This document shows, in pieces, positions 1 through 13,300 of a DNA stretch of 64,000 bases. The position numbers and the translations under genes are program-made. The notes under the pieces were generated by a model that ran no database searches, was not told the DNA's origin, and was given only the letters and a program-made list of their open reading frames with translations. The number at the start of each line of letters is the position of its first letter. Positions within the stretch are counted from its first letter, which is position 1. This stretch comes from Octopus sinensis (Eukaryota), in NCBI RefSeq assembly GCF_006345805.1, contig NW_021836151.1, positions 124,001 to 188,000 of the forward strand. Direction: 5' to 3'.

Positions 1-135
1 TTGTTTCTTGAAGAATTATTTTCAATTTTTCTTTGATCTTGTTTCTCATAACAAAATAAATCAAAGTATATTCAAGACAAGAAAATGTCTTGTTTCTTGA
101 AGGAGAATTATTTTGAATTTTTCTTTGATCTTGAT
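1..135. repeat. Two copies of a ~50-70 bp motif (ttgtttcttgaa..gaattattttcaatttttctttgatcttg); third copy at ~1485-1554
   Basis: 1-52 matches 1501-1554 almost exactly, and 91-134 is a variant copy. Origin unknown, possibly subterminal repeats of an element cut by the window edge. Confidence 0.6.
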
Positions 136-199
136 CCGGTATTAATGCGGAGTTTTTTTTGGGCGGGGTTCGACTGTATTTATGCTCTATTTTCTACAT

Positions 200-660
200 G
201 TTTAACTGTTTCCAATCAACGCCGACTCGCTTGCTTATGTGCAGGCAAAGTAGCAGTGTTTTGTTAAAGTCTCTCCATCTCCGTCCATCGGAAATCTAGT
301 GGAAAAAGATTGCTTAAAAATCGCAATCCCCCTCCGTATCGAGCTAAAAATCTGTCAGACGCACAAATGCCGCTGTGGAGAACTGTTGAAGAGTACAGTT
401 TGCACTCTCTCACTTGCCGTCGGAGTGCTGGTTGTGCACATCGCCACAGTAGACTCAACGCAATAATCCTCGAGCCGGTTTGGGTGGATAGAAAAGACGA
501 CAAACGCCCAGATAGCATGTCTACCTTCCCTTCGAGGAAGGGAAATTCCTTATTTGGGACTTCACCTGCTAAGACACATTCTCGCGCGGGAATCTCGCTC
601 TGTCTACTGTCGATCCTGGGCACTCTTTGAGGCTGGCCGAAGTTAGCAAGATTCCTAAAT
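200..660 (+). mobile_element. Degenerate 3' fragment of a CRE-clade non-LTR retrotransposon (zinc knuckle plus restriction-like endonuclease)
   Basis: HSLTCRRSAG..HRH and KRPDSMSTFP motifs, homologous to 12940-13200 and 7360-7600. Confidence 0.7.
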
Positions 661-762
661 TTCAGAGCTGCAGTCTATATAAAACAATGGAAGTGACATT
701 CTACTAGGAAGGAAGTAAATAAAACTTTAAAAAAAAGCCAATTTTAACTAAAACGAAAACAA

Positions 763-1180
763 TTAATAAAAGTTTGCGACTTTTTCTTGTTCGGATTTTG
801 GATAAAAAGAACGTTTAAAACAGTCACGTCCATACACAAATTCTGTGCAGCGAATATGCTGAGGGTAGATCCCTTCAAGCAGAATAGTACTTGGGGAGGC
901 TCTTCTGATAAGACGACCACAAAGGCAGCATCTTTCAGGGCCTTCATCACTGAATGTAGCTGCTGTAACTCTTTTCTTGAGAAGGCCTTTGGTCTTCAAT
1001 AACTCTTTTAAGGATGGTGACAACATATGTTGAATTTCGGGACTTTCAAAGGTAAATTTGCATCGCGGGGACGCCAACTTTTTATGAATTTTCATAAGTT
1101 CTTCATACGTATAATCTAGCAGTGTTATTACTAAAAATTAACTGTGCTTGGCACCTCCAAAAAACCCCTCTCCAGAAACT
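763..1180 (-). CDS. Hypothetical protein; last exon with CCLC...HIRC possible metal-binding motif, 5' end unresolved
   Basis: 110-aa open frame 763-1095 extends upstream to a plausible acceptor (ttttag). No family recognised. Confidence 0.3.
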
Positions 1181-1657
1181 TTCTTCATGTCTTCAAGCTT
1201 AACATCTATCAGTGTAATTAATAAAAATCTACAGTCAAAATTTAAGAACATTTAACAAGAATATCACCACAATGACGGAAATAAAATTTATTTTATTTCA
1301 ATTAAAAAATAATAAATTTAAAAATAATTTTAACAAATTAAAATATATTCACTTAATGGTTTATTTAATCTTTGTATACTTTGAAAATCGCAAAAAAAGT
1401 TATATTAAAAACCGATGTTTTGACCAATTCATTGCCTTTTTGATAAAAAATATTTACAATTACAAAATAAATCAAAATATGTTCAAAACAAGAAAATGTT
1501 TTGTTTCTTGAACGAGAATTATTTTCAATTTTTCTTTGATCTTGTTTCTCATAACCATACTGAAATTTGAGACGCTGCCATCTTTGAAGTTAGCCATAAC
1601 CTTACGCCGTGATTAAAGTGATATTTATAAATGTTTCCGCGTGTTTAATGGATAAAA

Positions 1658-2439
1658 ATGTTTCAACTGGTCGTTTAGAATTTTATAATTTTGTTTTAGA
1701 ATCCTACAAGTTTTACAACCGTGGTTGCAATTCCTTATTTGGGAGGTGTTGTTCTGGCATCAGATACAAGAGTGACTTGTTCTTTAAATAATCCCGACGA
1801 AAGCTGTAATGAAATTTTGTATTAAAATATTAGATACTGATGATAACTATAAAATTTCCCAGATTGCCAATAACGCGATCATTGGTTTTACTGGGAACAT
1901 GGATGTTTTTGAAATCTTAAAGGGAGAATGTTCTCGTAGTATTCCGTATTTTTTGAATTAATTTGTTTTCTAGAAAGTCTTGGAATATGTATCCAATGTT
2001 TTTAGAAGATTTCATTAAAAAAATTCTATCAAATTTTATACTTCCGCATCAATTATCGGTATATTTGAGTTCTTGTTATATTTTTAGAAAGTTATTCTCT
2101 TATGTGTACTGAATGGACGAATGTATCAATTTGTGATAGATTCCTTCACAAGTGTAGAATATATGTGGTGTCACGTAACGACCATCGGTTCGGGCGCAAT
2201 GATGGCGCGTTTTTGGATCAATAATCAGTATTTTCTTTTATAATCATTGCCAGTTATCGTGGAATTTTTACAACGGAAAGTGAGGCTATTTGGTTAGCCC
2301 ACAATTCAATAAAACATGCGGCACAATATGATAGACTCACTGGAGGCTTTTCTAATAGTATATTTGCATATATAATACTTTAGTTTATACAATCTCGAAT
2401 TTTAGAATCGATTGTGTCGGCCTTTTTCGGCTTTTTTGA
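1658..2439 (+). CDS. Divergent proteasome beta-type subunit (Ntn hydrolase), 7 exons
   Basis: Manually removing six 24-30 nt GT-AG introns gives an open frame MFQL|NPTSF-TTVVAIPYLGGVVLASDTRVT...NYKISQI...TTIGSGAMM...AAQYDRLTGG...LFRLF*. This has the Thr1, Asp17, Lys, GSG and D-x-x-T-G-G landmarks of 20S beta subunits. Confidence 0.8.
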
Positions 2440-3059
2440 TGCGTATGGATTCTTATTATTATTATAGGCAACTGTCGTAGAAACATAGTAGTTCTATTTC
2501 CACCTTAATTAATTTTTTATTTTCATACATTGTCACAGTTCGTTTATAAAACCCGCCCATTTTGTTATTTATCGATTTTATCGATTAGTCTGTATTATTA
2601 GGACCCAACAATCATATCATACTTTATTTATTACATTTTTCTTAAATTATTAAAACTAGCTAATAAACAATTCTGTAAAAAAAATTATGTGAAAAGAAAA
2701 AAATATTAAGCTTCTAAAAAAGTTGGTTGTGGCTGTTAAACAGAGCTCAGAGCACTAAACCGATATCCGCTTGAGAATCGAAAATCGTTGTTTGGAAAAT
2801 AAAAGATAGCTAAGAAATCAAAGAAACAGAATCCTTCACACAATTACAGTTCGAGCGCGTCTATTGTGAACGAAATACTTAGACGAGAAAGTCACCGAAA
2901 TTGAAAAGCTCTCGCCTGGAAGTCAAATATTCATGACTGTTCGGATGTTTAACCGGGATTCTCAAAACTTCAAAATATATCGCGCAAAATCGATCGCGCA
3001 AATTTTCGTATTTCGTTAGTTTCGCGAATTCGGCCGACGAACAGAACGACAAGCCGTGG

Positions 3060-3561
3060 AATTCAAGGCTCCCAGATCCATTGGCTGGACCAAGCCTGTA
3101 CTATTTCGCGGTATAAACATGATTTCAATATTAGACAAATTTTCTGGTATGCAATGGGAAGAACAGTTATCCAGAATAAGCAAAATTGTTTTATCTGTAA
3201 TTTTAGATTCAAATCAAAGTTTATTAGCCAATCTATGAAGGTTTTTAAAATTTTCCAAAAAACCATTTGAGTTTTTAAAATTACTGGTTTAGATTGTTGC
3301 GTAAAAAACATAGCCTTACTAGAAATTAAGGAATCATTAAGAAAACCGCCTAAATATTAGACCCTAAATAAGATACTTCTAGACTCAATCAAAATCCATC
3401 TATTCAACCAATTTGCATCAAGTTCAGGAAACTTAAGATTTGATACTTTTTTGAGGCTAGATTGTGTATCTTGCTATCTTTGAGAAGAGAATCTTTTTTC
3501 AAAGAATGTTGTTGATTGTTTTTTGAGAAATTTTTTTATTAAACAAAAATCGGGATAAGAT
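3060..3561 (-). mobile_element. Degenerate Tigger/pogo transposase fragment
   Basis: Minus-strand frames give LKFPELD (CENP-B HTH), ILLILDNCSSH and LVQPMDLG; many frameshifts; ends at the Ginger-like element. Confidence 0.6.
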
Positions 3562-3617
3562 TATTATGTGACATGGGCAGCGCGTTGCGCATGGGCCGCG
3601 CGTTACATTTTTTGACA

Positions 3618-3800
3618 TTTTATTTTTTTTTTATTTATTTGAAGACCAAACACGGGCAAAGCCAGTTCATTATAGTTATTCCCGTGATCGCCGATCCAAA
3701 CGAGGGAGATCCTTCTGAAAGGTTCAATCCTTCCCGCAAGATCGGCCTGAGACGACGATGTCCCAGGGAAACTGTCAAATTAGAATTCTTTGATTAGCCG
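3618..3800 (-). mobile_element. Short A-tailed retroposon (LINE 3' end or SINE); second copy at ~38575-38745
   Basis: About 150 bp clearly similar between the two copies, each ending in an A-rich tail on the minus strand, with a GATC..GATC hairpin. Confidence 0.55.
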
Positions 3801-4049
3801 AAATTTAATTTTTTATAGTGACAAAAATATATTAAATTAATTGATTTTAAACATGTTAAATTATCTTTAATTTATTAATGTAACAATTATTAAGATTTTA
3901 ATTTTTTAACTTGGCAAACCTACATTTCTAGCGTGTTTTTTCTTGTTTTATCTTGTTGTAATGAGTTCTTACAAGGGTTTTGTTAAACACATTATCGAAT
4001 ATGAGATTTTAAAGGATGCGTTGGCTGGTAAATTTCCAGAAAATTTTTC

Positions 4050-5189
4050 GGTAATCTCCAAATTTAGCCATACTATAAATCTCGACGTATAAGCAATAGA
4101 TTTTAATTATTTTTTCATTTTTTATTAATTTAAGTTAATTTTAATGGATTTGTCTATTGGATTGTCTGGATTTTATATTTTTTTAAAGAATAAAAATTAA
4201 GCCGAAAAAACATATTTGTTAACTATTAGGAGCAGAAAGTCTTGGAATATCTTCTCTTTATCAACTACCAAGGTCCGCCACGTGAATTCGTCCAAATAAG
4301 ATTCAAATAACGCTCGCGATGTTCCTAAAATAAATTTACGAGTTTTACCAAATTGCCTTTTTAGCTTTCTCTTCGCTCGCATCCATGTGTTCTCAATATT
4401 TTGAGTATGGATGGGGCCCAACCATCAGTAATGATATGGGTGCCGGGAAGTACGCGTCGAACGATAACCTCCTTGAGTGTTTCCGCTGTCCTGTCTAAAG
4501 GATAAATGGAAAAAAGAACCTGCAACTTCTTCAAAAAAGCACTTTCTAGTTTCCCTATCTATTCCACCCAATACCCAATGGCCTGGTCGCCAATGCCCTC
4601 GATGGTACTTTCTGTGGAAAAATTTGCACTCGTCTATTTCCACTATCGACTCTTCTAAAAATTAAATAAAATTACGTATGTATCTTCACTAACCACGAGT
4701 CCCCCAAATTTAATCGGCTCCTTTCGCTAACGGTAAATGACTTCCTAAAATTAGTTTAAGGGTGACTTACTGGAAAACCAGCTGTTCGTTCTTATACTTC
4801 GAGAAGTTTTGCATAGAATGCATATCCAAATTGCGTTGTCCACGTTTCTTTTTAACTTAGATAAACGACAGCGTCTCTATTTGTGAGAATATAGGTCTTA
4901 CTTTACAGCGACCGCATTTCATTGTGTTAGAGATCAACCGCCTCTCTGCGCACCAAATTACACACTCATCTATATTCTCGCCGAAGAGCCTGTTTAGAGA
5001 CGAAAAACCGGTTATATTCCTGCATTATTTGCTCATCAGACTTGATTGCAGCCGCATCAACAATAGACAAACCCATTTAAAATTAAACAAATCCATTAAA
5101 ATTAACTTAAATTAATAAAAAATGAAAAATAATTAAAATCTATTGCTTATACGTCGAGATTTATAGTATGGCTAAATTTGGAGATTACC
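4050..5189 (-). mobile_element. Merlin (IS1595/ISXO2-like) DNA transposon, internally deleted, with micro-introns
   Basis: ~100-bp TIRs starting GGTAATCTCCAAATTTAGCC; 8-bp TSD AATTTTTC (4042-4049, 5190-5197). Motifs VEIDECKF..RKYHRG..WVLGGIDR, DRTAETL..PGTHIITDGW, HTQNIENTW. Confidence 0.9.
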
Positions 5190-5423
5190 AATTTTTCGAG
5201 GCATAAAAATATAGGCTTGCCGATAAAATACAGAATTTTACTATCATAAATGAAAGGTATTTTGAATGCGCAATAAGTTTCAGATTGTATTTTAAATTAC
5301 TATGGTATTGAATTTGAAATTGAGCTTGTTGCAAAAACATTGCACAAGTGTTCTCACGGAGGAGTGAATAAAATTGAATATCAGTTTCGACAAAGCTACT
5401 TTACTGTAAAGAATGACATAATC

Positions 5424-7923
5424 AATTCGTGGCAGATCTTTGTCATCGTCCGTCAAAGAAAACATACGCCTGTTCGATTCCGGACTTACGGGGATTGATC
5501 CCCATTACAACCGGCTACTGTGAAGAGTCATCGAAAGTTTCCAAAGGATACACTTTCTGAAGAGATACACTTACGGAGGACCATTCATTCTAAATTATTG
5601 GAAGGGGGAATACGCTCGGCTTTGAGAGTGCTCTCCAGTGACAGTCCATTCCTGAAGCCCTCAATTGAGACTCATGAAGCTCTCCTGGATCGACATCCGG
5701 CCGCTCCAAGCGACTCACGAAATCCACCTCTCCCGTGGATTCTTCAGCCATTGTCTGTCTCGGACGATGACATTAAAGCCGGAATTTTATCCTTCGCTCC
5801 AAGCAGCGGGGCGGGTCTAGACGGGCTGCGACCAGGACATCTTAAGGACCTAATCTCGCCGGACACGGGAATCTCGGGATCACGGCTTCTTTCGTCGATC
5901 TGTTCTCTTATCAACAGAATGCTTTCGGGAGATCTTCCAGAGCTAGTTCGTCACTTTTTCTTCTCTGCAAAACTGATCGCCCTAGAAAAGAAAGGAGGGG
6001 GTGTTCGACCCATTGCAGTTGGATCTGTCTTCCGTCGGCTAGCCTCAAAGATGGCATGCAGGGCTGTTATCCCAACATTAACTCCGCTAATGTGCCCTAT
6101 TCAACTTGGAGTTGGTACCCCAGGAGGTTGTGAAGCAGCAATACACGGAATCCGTGCATTCAACCACGTAACAAACATACCCCCCATATTATTGTTAAAT
6201 TGGACATCCGTAATGCATTTAACACATTCTCCGCGACTCTATATTGGAGAACTGTCTTGAATTCTGTCCCAAATATACAACTATATACTCAGCTCATATG
6301 CGAAACCATCCACCCTCGTCCATGGCCCTTACCATATTTCCTCGTCCTCGGGGTTCAACAAGGAGACCCATTGGGTCCTGTGCTCTTTTGCCTTGAATTA
6401 ATCACATTGTTAAGAACTGCTCAACCCCGCTGAATGTTTGGTACCTTGATGACTGCACACCCTCGGAGGTCATCCCGAAACTGTCTTAAAGACGCTCGTT
6501 GACCTTATTCCGAGACTTGAATTCGTTGGTCTTATACTGAACACTTCAAAAGTGAAATCATTAATTTTGGGTTCAGTCGTGATGAATTCGAGGTTATTGT
6601 TTTCCTCTTTCATTGAGATAATTCCGGAGCGTCCATCACGCCTAGTATCAGTCTGGAGATATTAGGCTGCCCATTGACAGATGGTGGAATCAAGGACGCT
6701 CTTGAAACTAAGGAAATGCTACTGGGAAAAACTTTTGTTCGTCTTAATTTGTTGGACTCACATACAGCCTTCTTCCTGCTCAAAAATGCCCTTGGCATCC
6801 AAAAATTAAATCATGTGCTACGGGGTCACCCTGCTTCTTAGAAAATGATCAACTTCATTCTATCAATGTCCTTTTCCGGAAACAACTGAACGCATCATAA
6901 AAATCAAATTCGACGATCAAGGCTGGAAACAAGCTTCCCTTCCTGTCTCCTTTGGAGGTCTTGGCATCCGAAATCCTACCGATGTGTCCCGCCCCGCATT
7001 CCTGTCTTCACTGTACAGCAGTCAAACTCTGGTTCAGAAGATTCTCCATCTCCTCCCCGAATCTTCATTACCTAAGATGACTGCCTACTTTGACAGTTGG
7101 AGCGCAAAAAGAATCGAAGCTGCCGTCGGACTTCTGCTCACAGAAGAGTTATGACAAGATTGTGTGCGAAGGTCGGTTTTGTGAGTCTCCTAAAGACATC
7201 GAATCAACACCGTAGAGCATGCTTGCTTGCCGGGAGGTCCACGGGGAGTGGAGAATGGTTGGAAGCCTTCCCGATCGGAAGCTTGGGGACTCTCTTGGAT
7301 CCTGACACACTGCGAGTCGGTGTCGGTCTACGTATCGGTCTCAAAGTTTGTGAACCACACAAATGCCGCTGTGGTGCATCGATTGATCAATTTGGACTCC
7401 ACCTCTCTCTCCTGTCGAGAAGCCTGGTAGATTCCCGAGGCATTCAGCTCTCAACGACGTTATAAGAAGAGCTCTCGATTCAATCGGATTCCCATCAGTG
7501 CTGGAACCACCTGGATTGGACCGAGGAGATGGAAAACGCCCAGACGGATGACTATCTTTCCGTTTTTGGAAGGAAGCCTCTCGTATGGGATTCAACATGT
7601 TCCGACTCCTTGTCCAAGACAAATATGTTGGAAAGTGCCTGCAATGCTGGCACAGCTGGGATAGAAGAGGAATATGATGGGCTCACCGATCGTTTCGTTT
7701 TCCGGCCGGTTGCTCTCGAAACCCTGGGATCGATTGGAAGGAGTCGTTGCGCTTCCTCAGGTGTATTGGACGTCTCAAGACCCTGAGAACGCACAATCCT
7801 CTGGAGACGAGATGGCTCCTCCAGAACGTGTCCCAAGCAATAGTGAGGGGAAACTGGATCGCTATCAGTTCTTCTCCTCTACATACATTAGTTTAACTTG
7901 ATTAAATCTCAATAACTAAAAAA
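5424..7923 (+). mobile_element. CRE-clade non-LTR retrotransposon, 5'-truncated and frameshifted
   Basis: RT motifs GGVRPIAVG, QLGVGTPGGCEA, GVQQGDPLGP, WYLDD; CRCG..H zinc knuckle; KRPDG endonuclease; short A tail and AATC duplication within the Ginger integrase. Confidence 0.9.
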
Positions 7924-8438
7924 AATCCGAAAAGTAATTCGAAATTGTAAAGTCTGTAAATTTTCATGTCCTTTAAAAGTTTAAGCATTTTTTTTGTAGA
8001 TTGGATAAACACCATGTTTTTGCTTCTTGTCCTAATGAATGGTTTTCAGATAGATCTTATAGACTTAAAAGATTTTCAACGGTTAATCATGATTTTAAAT
8101 GGATTTTAACGGTCATTGATGCCAATTTGAGAGGGTTGAGTGTACGTAGATAATTCCAAGTCAAAATGTTCCTATCCGGATTCAAATTTATAAGGAAAGC
8201 CGTGAACTTCTAATTATTACAAAACTATGAACAGGAAAATGAATGTTTGTGTGATTATAATGTCGGTGATAAAGTAGAAATAAAAAAATTAATAAATAGA
8301 TTCGAATTAATTGGAACTAATCCATCGTGCGACTGGATAAATTCGAATCACAGTACTATCCACCAGCTGAATAATAAATATTTTGTCGAATAATCGCGTA
8401 GAGGTAGTTTTAAATTTATTTTATTTAATAGATTAGAC

Positions 8439-10270
8439 CAGAGGTTTCCAAGCTTTTTTTTACGCGCCTCCCTTAGAGAAAAAGTACAATCTTGCGCCTC
8501 CCTTTATATTCCATAATATAATACAATTATTATTTTATCAAAAACAATTTTTTAAAAAAAAAAGTTAATGAGATAATTTTTTTTCCATCTTGGCGCAAAG
8601 TTTAAAATAGTGAGCAAAATGCTTCAACAAACAATCCAATGTTCAGCAATATGTCTTTGTTTGCTTCAATGTTCACTATGGCGCAAAAGGTGTTTAAAAG
8701 TGGAAACATGTCATAGATATTTTTTTGTATATTTGATTTCCATAATACCAATTTTTTCATAAATGCTTTTATTTTGTCCCTTTTGAGAGAATAAATGTAG
8801 TTGTGGTCCCTGCATTGATTTATTCAATATACTCAATTTCCCAAAAATGTCAACTAAATAGGCAAATTTGACAATAAAGTCATCATCCTGAACAACTTTG
8901 CATCTTCAATATCATTTTCATCAAGAAAATCTGCAACTTGATCTTTGAGTTCAAACCCCTTCTAATCACTTTTGCACGAGATAGCCAGCGTACCTCACAA
9001 TAGTATAAAAGCGATGTATATTTTGAATCCATATCTTCACACAGCTTTGCAAAAAGCTTAGCTCTTAAGGACTGTGTTTTTAGTTTTATAACTTTTGTAA
9101 TTTGCGCAAAAATATCGTTCAGTTCTGGACTCATATTCTTTGAGACAAGTGCTGATCTGTGCAGCATGCAGTGCGTCCAGATAATTTCTGTGGTGCTCTG
9201 TTTTTTACAAGAGCTTGAAGACCAGATTTATTTCCTGACATTGACTGTGCTCCGTCTGTACAAGTCCAACAATTGATCCATTCTATGTTATTTTCTTCAA
9301 AAAAGTATCAATTATATTAAAAATTTCATTGGCCGTGCTCCTTCCAGGAAATGGTTTGGCAGAATAATAGATCTTCTATTATTGTACTTTCTTCTTCAGC
9401 ATATCTGACATATGCAATTAAATGTGCATTTTTATTTATGTCAGCTCCCTCATCAACTTGTATAGCAAATTTACAGTTACGTAGTCGAGAAACCAACTGA
9501 TCACAAAGATCTTCAGATATGTCATCAATTCTTCTAGCGACTGTGTTATCAGCAAGCGGTATTTGCTGTAATTGTTTTGCATAGGATTCGCCAACATTGC
9601 TTCAACCATATCGATAGCTGCTGGCAAAACTAGAGTTTCTCCGATATTGTGCGGTTTCTTGCATTTGGCAATCCTGTAAGAAACTTTGTACGATGCTAGT
9701 AAAGCATTTGAAGAGACAGAAACAAGTTTTTTTAACGATTTCGTTTGGTTATCAAACTCTTCTAATTTTCTTTTAAAAAATTCTTCAGACTTATGGACAT
9801 GTTCAGAATGCATCGTTTCAAATGTCTTCTTAATTTGCATGGCCTCATACTATCTGCTGCAAGTGTTTTTGAGGCAAAGCAACAGAGGGGTTTTTCCATA
9901 GAATCAACAAAGATACGTGTGAATCCTAACAATAAGTAAGATGGAAAGTATTTTCTTGTCTTTGGAGTGGTATTGATTATATTCCAATCATTTTGATTTT
10001 TGAACCATCGTCAAATCTTTATTATTCGTGAATTTTCTTTTGCAACCACTCAAGAATTTATTCATGTGTTAAAATTATTTAATTGTCTAATAAATTAAAT
10101 AAATTTTTGAAAAAATATAATTTTAAATTATAACTCTTATTATCGGAATATAGTCACGTTTTTTACATAGATATAATTTTCTAAAAATGTTTCTGAAATA
10201 CTTTTCGCGCCTCCCTTGACACGAGTCAACGCCTCCCTAGGGAGGCGCGCCTCCCCATTTGGAACCTCTG
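8439..10270 (-). mobile_element. hAT (Buster/Charlie, ZBED5-like) transposon, broken transposase
   Basis: Termini CAGAGGTTTCCAA / TTGGAACCTCTG; imperfect 8-bp TSD GATTAGAC/GATTAACA. Motifs ASYKVSYRIAKCKKPHNIGETLVLPAA, WTHCMLHR, EVRWLSR. Confidence 0.85.
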
Positions 10271-10373
10271 GATTAACACTCAAATGGGGAAAATTCTATT
10301 GTCGGGATGGACAGGATTAAAAAACTTAATTAAATTAATTATTTTTGTAGTTGATAATTCAATAATAAGATAG

Positions 10374-13300
10374 GGTGCACTTTTTCAGTATATTTGTCAA
10401 CCTATCTTATCTTTTTCTTCATTTTATCTCTCCATCTATCATTTCTTTTTCTTTCATTTTTATTTGTCCTTCTATCTCTTCCATTTCTTTATTTCATTTC
10501 TTTCTGTCCTTCTTTCTTCTTTCTTTTCTATTTCTTTTTATACATTTCCATCTTTCTTTTCTATTTCTTTCCTACGATGGCTATTTGCTCTTCGTGCAAA
10601 ACTAGCAACGATCGGAAGAAAGGTAGATACTGTTCTGGCTGCAACAGTTTCTTCCACCTTTCGTGTGTTCGACTTTCCAGGCGCGTTTCAGCTTCTCTCA
10701 TAACCTGGAACTGCCCTGTTTGTCGTTCTTGCAGGCCGTTCCCGGCCAACAGTCCGCCGGAAATCCCTGCTGAAAGTCCATCTCCGTCAGCCGAAGATGC
10801 TTTAAGATTCATCTATTCTTCTCGCTGTAACCGCAAAATTCCGGCACGGATACCGAAGGCAGCGAGGATTCAAGCTGCTCTCTCTTTGTCCACAGCTATA
10901 AACCGCGCTTTGTCATCTAATGACCAGTCTGACTGGTTACTCCTTTTGGTTTTGCTGTTTTCGGTATTGGGATCCAACCCTCCCGGCCCGACAGCGAGTC
11001 TAAAAAACTTTCTCCCGCATCGATTATTAAACAGCAACTCGCCCTATTCGATCATTGTACTTCTCTGTTTCCCTCCCAGTTCGATTCCCTCCACTCTGAC
11101 TCTCACAAATGTGTCGCCCCTTCTGTGGTTAACACTAAAACTTCCTCCGATTGCATTTACCTCCGTCGTAAGGTGAACAGCAAGCTGTTGGACGGCGACG
11201 TCCGCGGAGCTGTCAGACTTGTTGCCTCCTCTAACCGGCTTTTGTCCCCATCTCCCTCCGCATTGTCTAATTTGAGATCCAAGCACCCCAGTCCTCCAGT
11301 AAACTCCCGCACCCACCCGCTGTCGATACGACCGCCCTTCCGCAACTGCGGGTTACCGCTTCACAGGTTGAGAAGGCACTGAAAAGTTTTTCCCCAAGCA
11401 GCAGTGGGGGTATAGATGGGCTGAAGCCCGACACATTAAAGACTTGACTTCACCTCTTACTGCTGAGGCAGGGCGTCTCCTCTTGGAATCTATCACCAAT
11501 CTCTGTAACCGTCTTATCGGTGGGAATTTACCGGATTTTGCCCGGGCGATTTTCTTCTCGGCTAATCTCACTGCTTTGGGCAAAAAAGATAACGGGGTCA
11601 GGCCGATCGCCGTGGGTAATGTTTTCCGCAGATTGGCCGGAAAGCTCGTTTGCCACGTTGTGATCCCCGAGTTGGTCCCGAAATTTTTGCCAGTCCAATT
11701 GGGCGTCGGCGTCAGTGGAGGGTGTGAATCGGCTGCCCATGCCGTAAGAGAACTTATGGATTCTTCATGGAATATCTTTTAGTTAAACTGGACATATCAA
11801 ATGCGTTTAACACAGTGAGACGGGATCATTTGCTCGAGACCTGCCTTTCTCTCGCCCCCTCCGCTTATCCTCTAGTCCACCTTTCGTACTCACAACCCAG
11901 CCTCCTCCTGTTTGGCGATTCCTTTATCGTCTCATCGACCGGAGTGCAACAGGGAGATCCCCTGGGGCCTTTCCTATTTGCTATGTGTGTCAACTCCGTC
12001 GCTCATTCTGTCCGCTCTCCGGTAAATATCTGGTACTTGGACGACGCGACGATTTGTGGACCTCCCCGCTCTGTCTTAGACGACCTGCGGAGCATTATCC
12101 CGGCCCTTTCATCCATCGGTCTGGAGATAAACTCAAGCAAGTCCGAAGTCCTAAACCTGAATATTCCTTCCGATTTTTTTGCCGAAACTCTGGACGCCCT
12201 GGAACCTATTCTAAAAGGCGCGCGGGTATCAGAAACAAAGGACCTTGTAATCCTTGGTTCGCCAATTGGTCACGAGGCCCTCTCACAAACGCTCATCGCC
12301 AAGGCAAGCAATCTGTCAAACATGATCGAACGGCTTTCCCTCATTGATGCCCACGTCGGGTCTTTCTTCTGCGTAACTATTTCTCAACTCCGAGGCTTTT
12401 GTACACCCTAAGGAGTTCTCCTTGTTTTCGCATGCCTAATCTGTTATCCGATATCGATTCTATCTTGAAGTCTGGAGCCGAGTATCTGTGTAACATCCAT
12501 TTCGACGCTCTGGGTGGCTTCAATCTTCCCTGCCTGTTAATCTCGGGGGGATTGGCCTTCGTTCGCCCGTTTATCTGGCTCTTCCTGCCTTCCTCTCGTC
12601 CCTGGCATCATCCCGTGCCCTCACTGACATCGTTCTCAGAAACCTTCCCGAACGAAAAATGTCAGTTGATCACGTGGCCGCTCTGACCTTTGGGATTCAT
12701 TGTACAACAAAAGACCCAGTGACCCGTGTATCCAAGCTCAATGGGATGCCATTTCTTGTGAAGCTCTGACGTACATCTACGCAAAATTTTCGATCAGCAC
12801 AGACTTGCATGTCTCCGCGCAGGCTGCTGCACAGGGAGTGGGGCCTGGCTGGATGCTCTCCCTGTCCCTTCCACCGGTAACCTACTAGACAAAGATTGCC
12901 TACGAATTGGTTTATCATTGCGTCTTGGATTGGAAATCTGCGAATACACAAATGTCGTTGTGGTGCTGTCATTGACCGTTTTGGTCTACATCCCCTTTCC
13001 TGTCGTCGCAGTGCAGGGCGCGCACCACGCCATGCAGCACTTAACGACGTTATTCAGAGGGGGCTCACGGCCGCTGGGATCCATCAATCCTCGAACCCCG
13101 TCGGGCTTGCGAGGGGAGACGGAAAAAGACCCGACGGCCTATCGACTTTCCCGTTTGAGTTCGGCAAGTCTCTGTTATGGGATTGCGACGTGTTCAGACA
13201 CTTTCTCGGAGCTCAACCTTCCTTCTTCAGCTGTCGAGCCTGGCTCAGTCTCTCGCAAACCGAGAAGATGAAGATTGGAAAGTACAAGGAGCTCTCTGAA

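Noticed and set aside
10375-10576. Hydrophobic Phe/Leu/Ser-rich ORFs suggesting membrane proteins
   Set aside because: They are translations of the pyrimidine-rich 5' UTR of the CRE element.
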